Shown here in pieces: positions 1 through 9,786 of a stretch of 64,000 nucleotides of DNA (position 1 is the stretch's first letter; each line of letters opens with the position of its first letter). The position numbers and the translations under genes are program-made. Location of the stretch: assembly GCA_965227515.1 (NCBI GenBank), contig CBDDFZ010000001.1, positions 2,592,001 to 2,656,000 of the forward strand, given 5' to 3'. The notes below the pieces were generated by a model, which did not search any database, was not told the origin of the DNA, and was given only the letters and a program-made list of their open reading frames with translations. The DNA comes from Alphaproteobacteria bacterium. Its GTDB lineage: Bacteria; Pseudomonadota; Alphaproteobacteria; CALKHQ01.

Positions 1-755
1 TGCTGGTCCACCAGCTCCGACCAGTTGCCGATCGAGATCAGGTGGCAGTAGATCAGGCCGATCCAGCCGCGCTTGCGCCAGTCGAGGAAGGTCTCGTCGG
101 GCAGCGCATTGAACTTCTTCTCGTCGATGACCCGGAACCCGGTGACCGACAGCGCCTCGCCATTGGCCATCTTCACGTTGGCGCGGTTGTCCATCAACAG
201 GTCGTTGGCGACGATGGCTTCCATGAAGCGGCGGGTGTTCTCGATCTCGCGCTGGAAAGCGGTGCAGAACTCCAGCGCGCGCTCCAGCAGCGGCGTGCGC
301 TTGCCGTCCTTGAACAGCGGGCGGACATCGCTCTCGACCACCAGGTCCGACGCCTCGTCGATGCACAGCCCCAGCTTGGAGCGGTCGCTGCTCTCGGCAA
401 AGATGAACGGATAGCGGCGGGCATAGGCCGGCACGTAGCTGCCGCGATGCCAATCGCCCTCGTCGCTGACGAACAGGTTCTCGCCGTCGCGCATGCCCAG
501 GATGACCACGGGGACGGGGCTTTCCTGGCCCGCGAAGACGATGGGATAGTTGCGCGCGGCCGGAATGAACTCGATCGCGTTCACCATCATGACATTGGCA
601 TTGGCGGCGAACTTGTAGCCGCCGTTCTCGCGCAACGACAACGCCCCATGCTTGTTGGAATCCAGTAGGGCCGGGCGCTGGTAAAGCGGCGGGGTGGGGC
701 TGCCACCCTGCGCGGCAGCGGCGCCATTGGCGCCGGTCTCAAGAGTTTCCGACAT
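1..755 (-). CDS. SapC family protein (runs off the left edge)
   Basis: Own translation from ATG at 755: MSETLE...PPLYQRPALLDSNKH...NAIEFIPAARNYPIVF...YVPAYARRYPFIF...GFRVIDDEKKFNALPDETFLDWRKRGWIGLIYCHLISIGNW, typical SapC motifs; absent from the ORF track because the stop lies outside the window. Confidence 0.85.
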   Translation of the reverse strand, partial: MSETLETGANGAAAAQGGSPTPPLYQRPALLDSNKHGALSLRENGGYKFAANANVMMVNAIEFIPAARNYPIVFAGQESPVPVVILGMRDGENLFVSDEGDWHRGSYVPAYARRYPFIFAESSDRSKLGLCIDEASDLVVESDVRPLFKDGKRTPLLERALEFCTAFQREIENTRRFMEAIVANDLLMDNRANVKMANGEALSVTGFRVIDEKKFNALPDETFLDWRKRGWIGLIYCHLISIGNWSELVDQ

Positions 756-891
756 GACGTTGTCCAGCTTTGTTAGGGGAACCGAAGACTAGAATATGGC
801 AATGACTTGAAATCGATCTTAACACGTGGGTCGGTCGCATTTTCCACAATCTTGCGTTGAATTGTAACAATGCTTCGGCAGGCAAGCGTGG

Positions 892-965
892 TGGAGGCCC
901 GGGCCGGAATCGAACCGACGTACAAGGATTTGCAGTCCTCTGCGTAACCACTCTGCCACCGGGCC
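892..965 (-). tRNA. tRNA-Cys (GCA)
   Basis: Reverse complement GGCCCGGTGGCAGAGTGGTTACGCAGAGGACTGCAAATCCTTGTACGTCGGTTCGATTCCGGCCCGGGCCTCCA: acceptor stem, GCA anticodon, GTTCGA T-loop, encoded CCA. Confidence 0.97.
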
Positions 966-1212
966 ATGGTGTGCGACCTATTGCATGTGGTGCGCACCAC
1001 GTGAAGACAAGGGGCGCGATATGCAGGGATGACGGGTCGCGGGCGATCCGAGGCAACCGAGCCCCTGCGGATGCCCACATATGGACAGACATATGATGGC
1101 AGTGTTATGGCGCGTTGCATTCGGGTTGTCCAGCCCGCCCCTGACCGCTGCGTCACGTGATTGCGGCGTGCCCCAAGCGGGCGGTAATACGGGCGGCAAA
1201 AGAGGTTAGGCG

Positions 1213-1869
1213 ATGACGAACTTCGCGCAGGCGCGGGTGAACATGATCGAGGGCCAGCTGCGGCCGAACCGGGTGTCGGACGAGCGCATCCTGGCGACGT
1301 TGGGCACGGTGCCGCGCGAGCGCTTCGTGCCCAGTGCGCGCCGCGGGTTGGCCTATGTCGACGAGGACCTCGACGTCGGCCATGGCCGCACGCTGATGGA
1401 GCCGATGGTGTTCGCGCGGCTGCTGGAGGCGGCGGCGATCAAGCCGAGCGACATCGTGCTCGATATCGGGTGCGGCACCGGCTACTCCACCGCCGTCATC
1501 GCGGGGTTGTGCGATACGGTGGTCGCCCTGGAATCGGAGCCGGCGCTGGCCGACATGGCGCGGGCGCGGATCGAGGAACTGGGCATCGAGAACGCCGCGG
1601 TGCTGGACGGCCCCTTGGCGGAGGGCTATCCGAAGCAGGCGCCCTACGACGTGATCTTCATCAACGGCGCGGTGGCCGTGCTGAACGACGGCCTGACCGC
1701 GCAACTGAGCGAGGGCGGCCGGCTGGTGGCCGTCGTCCGCCCGGATGCCGGGCCGGGCCGTGCGTCGGTCCTGTTGCGCCAAAGCGGTGCCGTGTCGCGC
1801 CGGCAGTATTTCGATGCCTCGATCCCGGTGCTGCCCGAATTCACCGCGCCGCCGCAGTTCGTATTCTAG
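1213..1869 (+). CDS. pcm: Protein-L-isoaspartate O-methyltransferase
   Basis: SAM motif VLDIGCGTGY, APYDVIFING, VPRERFVP; pcm-tolC synteny. Confidence 0.92.
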   Translation: MTNFAQARVNMIEGQLRPNRVSDERILATLGTVPRERFVPSARRGLAYVDEDLDVGHGRTLMEPMVFARLLEAAAIKPSDIVLDIGCGTGYSTAVIAGLCDTVVALESEPALADMARARIEELGIENAAVLDGPLAEGYPKQAPYDVIFINGAVAVLNDGLTAQLSEGGRLVAVVRPDAGPGRASVLLRQSGAVSRRQYFDASIPVLPEFTAPPQFVF

Positions 1870-2025
1870 GAGAGGTCGCGGACCTTCATTATATGTTAAC
1901 CCTGTTTATCGTTGAAATATCTGGGGTTAGCGTCGGTTTTTATTGCATACCGGCAGGCCATCGGCCAGTTTGCCGAATGGTGGGGTTGTGAATCGGGCTT
2001 GGGTCGCACACAGGAGCGTCAACCC

Positions 2026-3450
2026 ATGAATGATGCACGTGGCCGCGCGGATGGGCGCGGCGGCATGGAGCGGAACGCCAGGCCGGCTGGCAAGCGCCGG
2101 TTGCCCGCGCGGATCGGCGCGGTGCTGCTTGCCGGCGCGACGACACTGGCCGCCGGGTCCGCCGCCGCCGACAGCCTGGTCGACGCGCTGTCCCAGGCCT
2201 ATGTGAACAACCCGCAGCTCCTGTCCGAGCGCGCCGCGTTGCGCGCGGTGGACGAGCAGCTTCCCCAGGCTCTGTCGGGGTGGCGGCCGACGGTGAGCGT
2301 CACCGGTCAGGCCGGCGTCACCAGCTCCTACAGCCGCACGATCACAGGCGGAAACCAGTTCACCGGCCGCCCGCTGTCCAGCACGCTGACCATCAACCAG
2401 CCGATCGTCCAAGGCGGCGAGACCTTCCATCAGGTCGACCGCGCCAAGAACGTGATCCAGGCGCAGCGCGCCCAGTTGTTCACTGTCGAGCAGTCGGTTC
2501 TGCTGCAGGCCGCGACCGCCTATGTCGACGTCGTGCGCGACACCGCCGTGCTCGGCCTCAGTATCAACAACCAGGCAGTGCTCGAAGAACAGCTCAATGC
2601 CACCCGCGACCGGTTCGAGGTCGGCGAACTGACGCGCACCGACGTGGCCCAGGCCGAGGCGCGGCTGGCCAACGCGGTGTCCAACGCCACCCAGGCGCGC
2701 GGCGACCTGTCCACGTCCATCGCGACCTATGAGCGGGTGATCGGCCCTCTGCCGACCGAGCTGGTGCGCCCGACGCCGCTGCTCGGCCTGCCGTCGGCGC
2801 GTGACGCGGCGATCCAGCTCGCGCTCGCCAACAATCCGTCGGTGGCCTCGGCCAAGTTCGGCCTGGCGGTGGCGGAGAACGATATCGACATCGCGATCGC
2901 GCAGTTGCTGCCGACGCTGTCGCTGAATGGCGAGCTGAGCTACAGCCAGGGCAGCAGCGCCACCATCGAAGACACCAGCCGTGGCGCGGTGACGGCGCAG
3001 TTGACCATCCCGCTGTACCAGAGCGGCGCCGAGTACGCGGCCATCCGGGCGGCGCGCGACACCCAGACCCAGCGCCAGCGCGAGCTGGACAACGCCCAGC
3101 GCCAGACCATCGAGGCGGTGAACCAGGCGTGGGACGACCTGCAGACCGCACGCGCGACCCTGGTGGCGTTCGAGGCCCAGGTCCGCGCCCAGGAGATCGC
3201 GCTGGAAGGCACGCGGCAGGAATCCACCGTCGGCACCCGGACCATCCTGGACGTGCTGGACGCGGAGCAGGAGCTGTTCCAGGCCCAGGTGGACGTGGTG
3301 CAGGCCCAGCGGGCCGAAATCCTGGCCACCTATGCGCTGGCGTCAGCCGTCGGCGGGCTGACCGCGCGCCAGTTGAGCCTGCCCGTCACCTACTACGACG
3401 TGACCAGCCACTTCGACGACGTCAAGGACGACTTCATCGGTACCGAATAA
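2026..3450 (+). CDS. tolC: TolC-family outer membrane channel
   Basis: CAGGAG SD before ATG 2026; signal peptide; RFEVGELTRTDVAQAEARLA and VGTRTILDVLDAEQEL OEP motifs. Confidence 0.92.
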   Translation: MNDARGRADGRGGMERNARPAGKRRLPARIGAVLLAGATTLAAGSAAADSLVDALSQAYVNNPQLLSERAALRAVDEQLPQALSGWRPTVSVTGQAGVTSSYSRTITGGNQFTGRPLSSTLTINQPIVQGGETFHQVDRAKNVIQAQRAQLFTVEQSVLLQAATAYVDVVRDTAVLGLSINNQAVLEEQLNATRDRFEVGELTRTDVAQAEARLANAVSNATQARGDLSTSIATYERVIGPLPTELVRPTPLLGLPSARDAAIQLALANNPSVASAKFGLAVAENDIDIAIAQLLPTLSLNGELSYSQGSSATIEDTSRGAVTAQLTIPLYQSGAEYAAIRAARDTQTQRQRELDNAQRQTIEAVNQAWDDLQTARATLVAFEAQVRAQEIALEGTRQESTVGTRTILDVLDAEQELFQAQVDVVQAQRAEILATYALASAVGGLTARQLSLPVTYYDVTSHFDDVKDDFIGTE

Positions 3451-3577
3451 AGGCCCGGGAACCCATCTTGGCCTGCCGGGGCGCGGCGCGGACTGCAGCG
3501 CGGGCGCTTTGGACATTGAAACCAATCTGACATAACGTGGCCTGACCCGGACGGTCGCGTGGACGAGAGCGCCAGAT

Positions 3578-4159
3578 ATGAGTGAAGACAAGGCCCAGGC
3601 TGAACCTTCGATGGAGGAGATCCTGGCGTCGATCCGCCGGATCATTTCCGAGGATGGCGACGGTGAAGGGGATGGCGACGAAACGGCAGTGCAGGCGGCC
3701 CCGCCGCCGCCGGAACCAGACCCGATGCCCGAACCGCCGATGCCCGAACCGGAGCCGGAATCGACCCTGATCGCGGAGGACTTCGACGAGGACGTCCTGG
3801 AGCTGACCGAAGTGGTCGAGGAGGACGAGGCGCCGCTGGTGCTGGACGAGGAGGTGCCTGTGGAGGCGCCACCACCGCCGCCGGCCGACCCGATCCCGGA
3901 AGACGCGTTCGAGGACGACCCGCTGATGTCCGCCGGCTCGGCGGCCGCCACTGCCGGCGCGCTGGCATCGCTGAGCGCGGCCAGCCGGCCGTCCCCGCCG
4001 CCGGTTGAGGATACCACCGGCATTGGGGGGCTGACCGTGGAGGAACTGGCGCGCCAGGTGATGCGCCCCTTGCTGCGCGAGTGGCTGGACCAGAACCTGC
4101 CGGATATGGTGGAGCGCATGGTCCAGCGCGAGATTCAGCGGCTGACCGGATCGCGCTGA
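3578..4159 (+). CDS. popZ: Polar organising protein PopZ (DUF2497)
   Basis: N-terminal EPSMEEILASIRRII, acidic/Pro-rich linker, C-terminal MRPLLREWLDQNLPDMVERMVQREIQRL; lies between tolC and valS. Confidence 0.93.
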   Translation: MSEDKAQAEPSMEEILASIRRIISEDGDGEGDGDETAVQAAPPPPEPDPMPEPPMPEPEPESTLIAEDFDEDVLELTEVVEEDEAPLVLDEEVPVEAPPPPPADPIPEDAFEDDPLMSAGSAAATAGALASLSAASRPSPPPVEDTTGIGGLTVEELARQVMRPLLREWLDQNLPDMVERMVQREIQRLTGSR

Positions 4160-4300
4160 CCCCCAGCTTGCCGGCGCACGCCCGGCGAGCTTTATCCACT
4201 GATCGCGCCGTGTCATCTTCGCGCCGCCGCTGATTGCGGTTGAAATCCGGCGCGGGTCCGCGTATCCGCCACCCAACCCAAAAATTCCACCGGACCCGTC

Positions 4301-6973
4301 ATGTTGGACAAGACCTTCACGCCCGGCGACATCGAGCCGAGCCAGTACAAGCGCGAGGAAGAGGCCAGCGCATTCACCCTCGGCCAGAAGCCGGACGGCA
4401 CGCCGTTCACCATCGTGATCCCGCCGCCGAACGTGACCGGCAGCCTGCACATGGGCCACGCGCTCAACAACACGCTGCAGGACATCCTCATGCGCTGGCG
4501 CCGCATGCAGGGGCGCGACGCCCTGTGGCAGCCGGGGACCGACCACGCCGGCATCGCCACCCAGATGGTGGTGGAGCGCCAGCTCGACGCCGAAGGCACC
4601 TCGCGGGTGGAGATGGGGCGCGAGAAGTTCCTGGAGCGGGTCTGGGAGTGGAAGGAGCAGTCGGACGGCACGATAACAAACCAGCTGCGCCGGCTGGGCT
4701 GTTCCTGCGACTGGGACCGCGAGCGTTTCACCCTGGACGAGGACCTGTCGGCGGCGGTGCGCAAGGTGTTCGTCGCCATGCACCGCGAGGGCCTGATCTA
4801 CAAGGACACCCGGCTGGTCAACTGGGACCCGAAGCTGGGCACCGCGATCTCCGACCTGGAGGTGCAGCCGACCGACATCGACGGCAATCTCTGGTATTTC
4901 CGCTACCCGCTGGAGGACGACCCGAACCGGCACATCATCGTCGCCACCACCCGGCCGGAGACGATGCTGGGCGATACCGGCGTCGCGGTCCATCCCGACG
5001 ACGAGCGCTACAAGGACCTGGTCGGCAAGCATTGCATCCTGCCGCTGGTCGGCCGCCGCATTCCGATCGTCGCCGACGAGTATGCCGACCCGGAGCAGGG
5101 CTCGGGCGCGGTGAAGATCACGCCGGCGCACGATTTCAACGACTACGAGGTCGGCCGGCGCCAGAACCTTGAGATCATCAACATCTTCGACCGCAAGGCG
5201 GCGCTGAACGACCAGGTGCCGGAGGCCTATCGCGGGCTGGACCGGTTCGAGGCACGCAAGCGCGTGGTCGCCGATATCGAGGCGGCGGGCCTGCTGGACA
5301 AGGTGGAGCCGCACCGCCACACGGTCCCCTATGGCGACCGCGGCGGCGTGCCGGTGGAGCCCTACCTGACCGAGCAGTGGTACGCGAACATGGAGCCGCT
5401 GGCGAAGCGCGCGGTCGCGGCTGTCGAGGACGGCAGCATCCAGATCGTGCCCGAGCAGTGGACCAAGACCTACTACGCCTGGATGAACAACATCCAGCCA
5501 TGGTGCCTGTCGCGCCAGCTCTGGTGGGGCCACCGGATCCCGGCCTGGTACGGCCCCGACGGCGAGATCTTCGTCGCCGAGAGCGAGGACGAAGCCAAGG
5601 CAGCGGCCCGCGCCCACTATGGCGAGGACAAGCCGCTGAGCCAGGACGAGGACGTGCTCGACACCTGGTTCTCGTCGGGCCTGTGGCCGCTGACCACGCT
5701 GGGCTGGCCGGAGGAGACGCCGGAGCTCAATCGCTACTACCCCACCGACGTGCTGATCACCGGTTTCGACATCCTGTTCTTCTGGGTCGCGCGGATGGTG
5801 ATGATGGGGCTCTACTGCCGCGACCAGGTGCCGTTCCGCACCGTCTATCTGCACGCGCTGGTTCGTGACGAGCACGGCGCCAAGATGTCGAAGTCGAAGG
5901 GCAACATCATCGACCCGCTGGACCTGGTGGACGAGTACGGCGCCGACGCGCTGCGCTTCACCCTGGCGGCGATGGCCGCGCAGGGCCGCGACATCAAGCT
6001 CTCCAAGGGCCGGATCGAGGGCTATCGCAATTTCGCGACCAAGCTGTGGAACGCCGCGCGCTTCACCGAGATGAACGGTTGCGTGCCCGACCTGGCGTTC
6101 GACCCCGCCGGCGTGTCGCAGCCGGTCAACCGCTGGATCGTCGGCGAGACCGCGCGCTGTGCTGCCGAGGTGACCGAGGCCCTGGAAGGCTTCAAGTTCG
6201 ACCAGGCCGCCGACGCCGTCTATCACTTCGCCTGGCACACCTACTGCGACTGGTATTTGGAGTTCGCCAAGCCGTTGCTGCAGGGGCAGGCCGCCGACAG
6301 CAACATGACGGCGGAGACGCGCGCCACGACGGCGTGGGCGCTGGGCCGCATCCTGCACCTGCTGCACCCGTTCATGCCGTTCGTGACCGAGGAGCTGAAC
6401 CAGCAGCTTGGCGGCGGTGGCGACGACCACATGCTGGTCACCGCGCCGTGGCCGGACCTGGACGCGGACCTGGTCGACGCCGGCGTTTCGGAGGAACTGG
6501 CCTGGGTCGTTCGGCTGATCTCCGAACTGCGCACGGTGCGGGCCGAGGTCAACGTGCCGCCGGGCGCGCAGCTCCACGCCACGGTCTATGGCGCGACCGC
6601 CGAAACCCGCGGCCGGTTCGATCGTTACGCAGAATTGATCGGCCGGGTGGCGCGCTTGAGCCAGATTACGGTTGCCGATGAGCAGCCCGGCGACCAGGAT
6701 TTGCGTGGTGCCGCGCAGGCGCTGGTCGACGAGGCGACGGTCGTGCTGCCGCTGGGCGACGTGATCGACATCGACGTGGAGCGGGCGCGGCTGGCCAAGG
6801 AACTGTCGAAACTGGATGCCGACATCCTGAAGTTCGACAAGAAGCTGTCGAACGAGCAGTTCCTGGCGAAAGCGCCGGAAGAGGTGGTGGCCGAGCAGCG
6901 GTCGCGCCGCGACGACGCCACCTCGGCGCGCGAGAAAATCCAGGCGGCGCTCGACCGGCTGCACGCGGCCTGA
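4301..6973 (+). CDS. valS: Valine--tRNA ligase
   Basis: PPPNVTGSLHMGHA (HIGH) and KMSKS motifs, C-terminal coiled coil. Confidence 0.98.
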   Translation: MLDKTFTPGDIEPSQYKREEEASAFTLGQKPDGTPFTIVIPPPNVTGSLHMGHALNNTLQDILMRWRRMQGRDALWQPGTDHAGIATQMVVERQLDAEGTSRVEMGREKFLERVWEWKEQSDGTITNQLRRLGCSCDWDRERFTLDEDLSAAVRKVFVAMHREGLIYKDTRLVNWDPKLGTAISDLEVQPTDIDGNLWYFRYPLEDDPNRHIIVATTRPETMLGDTGVAVHPDDERYKDLVGKHCILPLVGRRIPIVADEYADPEQGSGAVKITPAHDFNDYEVGRRQNLEIINIFDRKAALNDQVPEAYRGLDRFEARKRVVADIEAAGLLDKVEPHRHTVPYGDRGGVPVEPYLTEQWYANMEPLAKRAVAAVEDGSIQIVPEQWTKTYYAWMNNIQPWCLSRQLWWGHRIPAWYGPDGEIFVAESEDEAKAAARAHYGEDKPLSQDEDVLDTWFSSGLWPLTTLGWPEETPELNRYYPTDVLITGFDILFFWVARMVMMGLYCRDQVPFRTVYLHALVRDEHGAKMSKSKGNIIDPLDLVDEYGADALRFTLAAMAAQGRDIKLSKGRIEGYRNFATKLWNAARFTEMNGCVPDLAFDPAGVSQPVNRWIVGETARCAAEVTEALEGFKFDQAADAVYHFAWHTYCDWYLEFAKPLLQGQAADSNMTAETRATTAWALGRILHLLHPFMPFVTEELNQQLGGGGDDHMLVTAPWPDLDADLVDAGVSEELAWVVRLISELRTVRAEVNVPPGAQLHATVYGATAETRGRFDRYAELIGRVARLSQITVADEQPGDQDLRGAAQALVDEATVVLPLGDVIDIDVERARLAKELSKLDADILKFDKKLSNEQFLAKAPEEVVAEQRSRRDDATSAREKIQAALDRLHAA

Positions 6974-7040
6974 CGCCCTGCGTTGACCATCGCGGTGGGC
7001 GCCGGCGTTCGTGGCGCTTAACCGTGAAGGGAGACGGATC

Positions 7041-7442
7041 ATGTCCAGGTTTTCTGCCAGATTTACTGCGAGACCGCGCAAGGCCATGCTGGCGGCGCTG
7101 GTGTTGATGCTGGTGCCGGTGGTGGCATGGGCGCACCATGGCTGGCGCGAGTACGGCAGCGAGACGTTCGAGCTGACCGGCACCATCGAGGCGGTGAGCC
7201 TCGGCCCGCCCCATGCCTACCTGCTGATGCGCGACTCCGACGACAATGTGTGGGAGATCGTGCTCGGTCCGCCCGCGCGCAACGACCGCGCCGGCATCAC
7301 CGACGAGAACGTTCTCTCCGGCGACACCGCGACCGCCATCGGGCGCCGGCACACCGACCCCGGTACGTACGAGATGAAGACCGAGCGGTTGGTCATCGGC
7401 GACCAGGTGTACGACATCTATCCGGAACGGCTGGGGTCTTAG
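7041..7442 (+). CDS. Exported OB-fold-like protein (DUF6152-like)
   Basis: Signal peptide followed by AHHGW motif, PPHAYL, EMKTERL. Confidence 0.7.
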   Translation: MSRFSARFTARPRKAMLAALVLMLVPVVAWAHHGWREYGSETFELTGTIEAVSLGPPHAYLLMRDSDDNVWEIVLGPPARNDRAGITDENVLSGDTATAIGRRHTDPGTYEMKTERLVIGDQVYDIYPERLGS

Positions 7443-7503
7443 GGCCGCTCGGGCGCTTTTGCGCCATCCCGATCAACGTAGCGGATTGAGCCCCTACCAC
7501 CAC

Positions 7504-7594
7504 CGTCATGCCCGCACTCGTTGCGGGCATCCACGTCTTGTTTGCCGCTCAAGCGGCCATCTCGTGGATGGTCGGGACAAGCCCGACCATGACG
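7504..7594. repeat. Alphaproteobacterial intergenic palindromic repeat (two internal hairpins, CGTCATG...CATGACG ends)
   Basis: cgtcatgcccgcactcgttgcgggcatccac...gtggatggtcgggacaagcccgaccatgacg. Confidence 0.75.
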
Positions 7595-7636
7595 CTTGTG
7601 TATGGTCATTGGGTTCGCGCCATTCAAAGACGTGGC

Positions 7637-8086
7637 ATGGACGCCCTCCTCGCTGATCTGGAAGCCTCCGGCCTCGGCCAGTGGATGCGCGCGTCGGCCT
7701 GGGCCTACCCGCTGGCCAATACCGGGCATGTCATTGGCGCCGCGTTGCTGCTGGGTCCGGTGCTCGTGGTCGACTTGCGCGCCATGGGCCTGGGCCGTTC
7801 GCTCGACAAGCGCGCCGTGATGCGCCTGGCGCTGCCCATCGTGTGGTGCGGTTTCGCGCTCGCCGTGATCAGCGGACTGATGATGTTCGCCGCCGACCCG
7901 CGCGTGTTCGCGGCCACGCCCTATTTCCAGGTGAAACTCGCCCTGATCGCGCTGGCCGGCCTGAATGCGCTGGCGTTCCACTGGTGGAACCGCCGCATGG
8001 CCGGCTGGGCGCGGCTGCACGCCGCCCTGTCCCCGCCGGTCTGGATCGGCGTCATCTTCTGCGGCCGCATGATCGCGTACTGGTAG
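7637..8086 (+). CDS. Membrane protein (DUF6644-like)
   Basis: Starts MDALLADLEASGLGQWMR; four hydrophobic segments; ends GRMIAYW. The longer ORF start at 7508 reads through the repeat element. Confidence 0.7.
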   Translation: MDALLADLEASGLGQWMRASAWAYPLANTGHVIGAALLLGPVLVVDLRAMGLGRSLDKRAVMRLALPIVWCGFALAVISGLMMFAADPRVFAATPYFQVKLALIALAGLNALAFHWWNRRMAGWARLHAALSPPVWIGVIFCGRMIAYW

Positions 8087-8105
8087 GTGGCCATTAAAAC
8101 GGATT

Positions 8106-8177
8106 TATCCATATAACTGCATAATTGATGATTATCCAATAAATCGGATATTGCAAACTTATCCAATTTAGCGTATA
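8106..8177. promoter_or_regulatory. Three HipB operators (TATCC-N8-GGATA type) with 27-bp periodicity
   Basis: TATCC-atataact-GCATA (8106), TATCC-aataaatc-GGATA (8133), TATCC-aatttagc-GTATA (8160), directly upstream of hipB. Confidence 0.85.
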
Positions 8178-8185
8178 AAATTCTT

Positions 8186-8437
8186 ATGATTACGCAGGCA
8201 CGAACGCCCGACCAGATTGGCAATACCATACGCAGGGCCCGCAAGAAGCTTGGGCTCAACCAGACCGACCTCGGCCGAATGGTGGGGATCGGGCAGAATA
8301 TGGTCTCGATGATCGAGAACGGGAACGCCGGCACCAGAATAGATACGATCCTCGCAATTCTAGCGGTTCTCGACCTCGAACTGCGCATCGGACCACGCAC
8401 AAGAACGACAGCCGCTGACATCGAAAACATCTTCTGA
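8186..8437 (+). CDS. hipB: HipB-like XRE antitoxin
   Basis: 83-aa HTH (IRRARKKLGLNQTDLG...VSMIENG), translationally coupled to hipA. Confidence 0.88.
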   Translation: MITQARTPDQIGNTIRRARKKLGLNQTDLGRMVGIGQNMVSMIENGNAGTRIDTILAILAVLDLELRIGPRTRTTAADIENIF

Positions 8438-9747
8438 TGGCACGCCGCCGCCGCCATGAGCCGTTACGAGTCTATCTGAACAACCGCCTGGTTGGCTGGC
8501 TCACCAAGGAGGCTGGTGGTGCCATCGCCTTTCAATACGGCGACAGTTGGCTCGACTGGGAACACACCTTGCCGATCTCGCTATCGCTGCCGCTTCGCGA
8601 GAGTGTGGTCCGCGGAGAGCAGGTGGTCGCGGTCTTTGACAATCTGCTGCCGGATGGCCCCCTCTTGCGGCGCCGCATTGCGGAGCGTGTCGGCGCGCGG
8701 GATACGGATGCGTATGGGCTGCTTGCCGCCATTGGTCATGACTGCGTCGGTGCGTTGCAATTCCTCACTGATCGGGATGATGCGGTCGACGCAACGCCTC
8801 CAGTCGAAGGCGACCGTATCGAGGTTGAGGACGTCGAAAAAATGCTGCGCGGATTGGCACAGGCGCCGCTCGGCCTGAGCCGCGACGACGATTTCAGGAT
8901 CTCCATCGCCGGAACGCAGGAGAAGACCGCGCTGCTACGCCACGAGGGCCACTGGCTGAGGCCGCGCGGCGCAACCGCGACGACACATATCCTGAAGCCG
9001 CAAATCGGACGGCTGCCCAATGGCATCGATCTTTCCGACAGTGTGGAGAACGAATTCTACTGTTTGAAGTTGGTCGAGGCATGCGGCCTGCCGGTGAACG
9101 AGGCGGCGATCGAAACGTTCGGCGAAACCAAAGCGCTGGTCGTAACGCGTTTCGATCGCCAATGGACACGTGACCGTCGCCTGTTGCGCCTTCCTCAAGA
9201 GGATTGTTGCCAGGCACTGTCGGTTCCTTCAGCGGCGAAATACCAGAGCGATGGTGGCCCGGGTATGGTCGACATACTCGGCATGTTGAAGGGAAGCGAT
9301 ACGCCCCAGGCTGACCAGGCAACATTCATCAAGGCCCAAGCCCTGAACTTCCTATTCGGCGCCACCGACGGCCACGCCAAGAACTTCAGCATCTTCTTGT
9401 CGCCCGGTGGAACGTATCGGCTGACACCGCTCTACGATGTGCTGTCGGCCCAAATGGCGCTGGACCGCAGGCAAATCGAGCGGAAGCAGATGAAGCTCGC
9501 CATGTCCGTCGGCACCAATCGCCACTACCGCATGGACGAAATCGTCGGCCGCCATTTTGTGCAGACCGCGGTCGCGGCTGGCGTGCCCCGAAGGCTTGTC
9601 GCAGACATCCTGGACGAGGTTCGATCGACCGTGGATGACGCACTGGTTCGGGTAGAGGCGATGCTGCCGCCCGACTTTCCGGAACGCATTCACCGCTCGA
9701 TCAAGACCGCGGTCAGGGCGCGATTGCCCGCACTGACAATCGACTGA
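8437..9747 (+). CDS. hipA: HipA serine/threonine kinase toxin
   Basis: ISIAGTQEKTAL, THILKP, DGHAKNFS, LTPLYD motifs. Confidence 0.95.
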   Translation: MARRRRHEPLRVYLNNRLVGWLTKEAGGAIAFQYGDSWLDWEHTLPISLSLPLRESVVRGEQVVAVFDNLLPDGPLLRRRIAERVGARDTDAYGLLAAIGHDCVGALQFLTDRDDAVDATPPVEGDRIEVEDVEKMLRGLAQAPLGLSRDDDFRISIAGTQEKTALLRHEGHWLRPRGATATTHILKPQIGRLPNGIDLSDSVENEFYCLKLVEACGLPVNEAAIETFGETKALVVTRFDRQWTRDRRLLRLPQEDCCQALSVPSAAKYQSDGGPGMVDILGMLKGSDTPQADQATFIKAQALNFLFGATDGHAKNFSIFLSPGGTYRLTPLYDVLSAQMALDRRQIERKQMKLAMSVGTNRHYRMDEIVGRHFVQTAVAAGVPRRLVADILDEVRSTVDDALVRVEAMLPPDFPERIHRSIKTAVRARLPALTID

Positions 9748-9786
9748 CAAAGAGGTATTATCAGCATGATCGGGAGGGCTTCAGAA

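Noticed and set aside
892-965. tRNA-Cys as integration site for the phage-like module
   Set aside because: No duplicate of its 3' end seen, no integrase, and flanking genes are core
1897-1911. Possible CtrA site upstream of tolC (TTAACCCTGTTTAT)
   Set aside because: Second half-site has wrong spacing or sequence; half-site only
3434-7186. 1250-aa minus-strand ORF and similar long antisense ORFs (e.g. 22365..25580, 53570..56815, 40564..42552, 47735..49864)
   Set aside because: Shadow frames of real GC-rich genes on the opposite strand; no recognisable motifs
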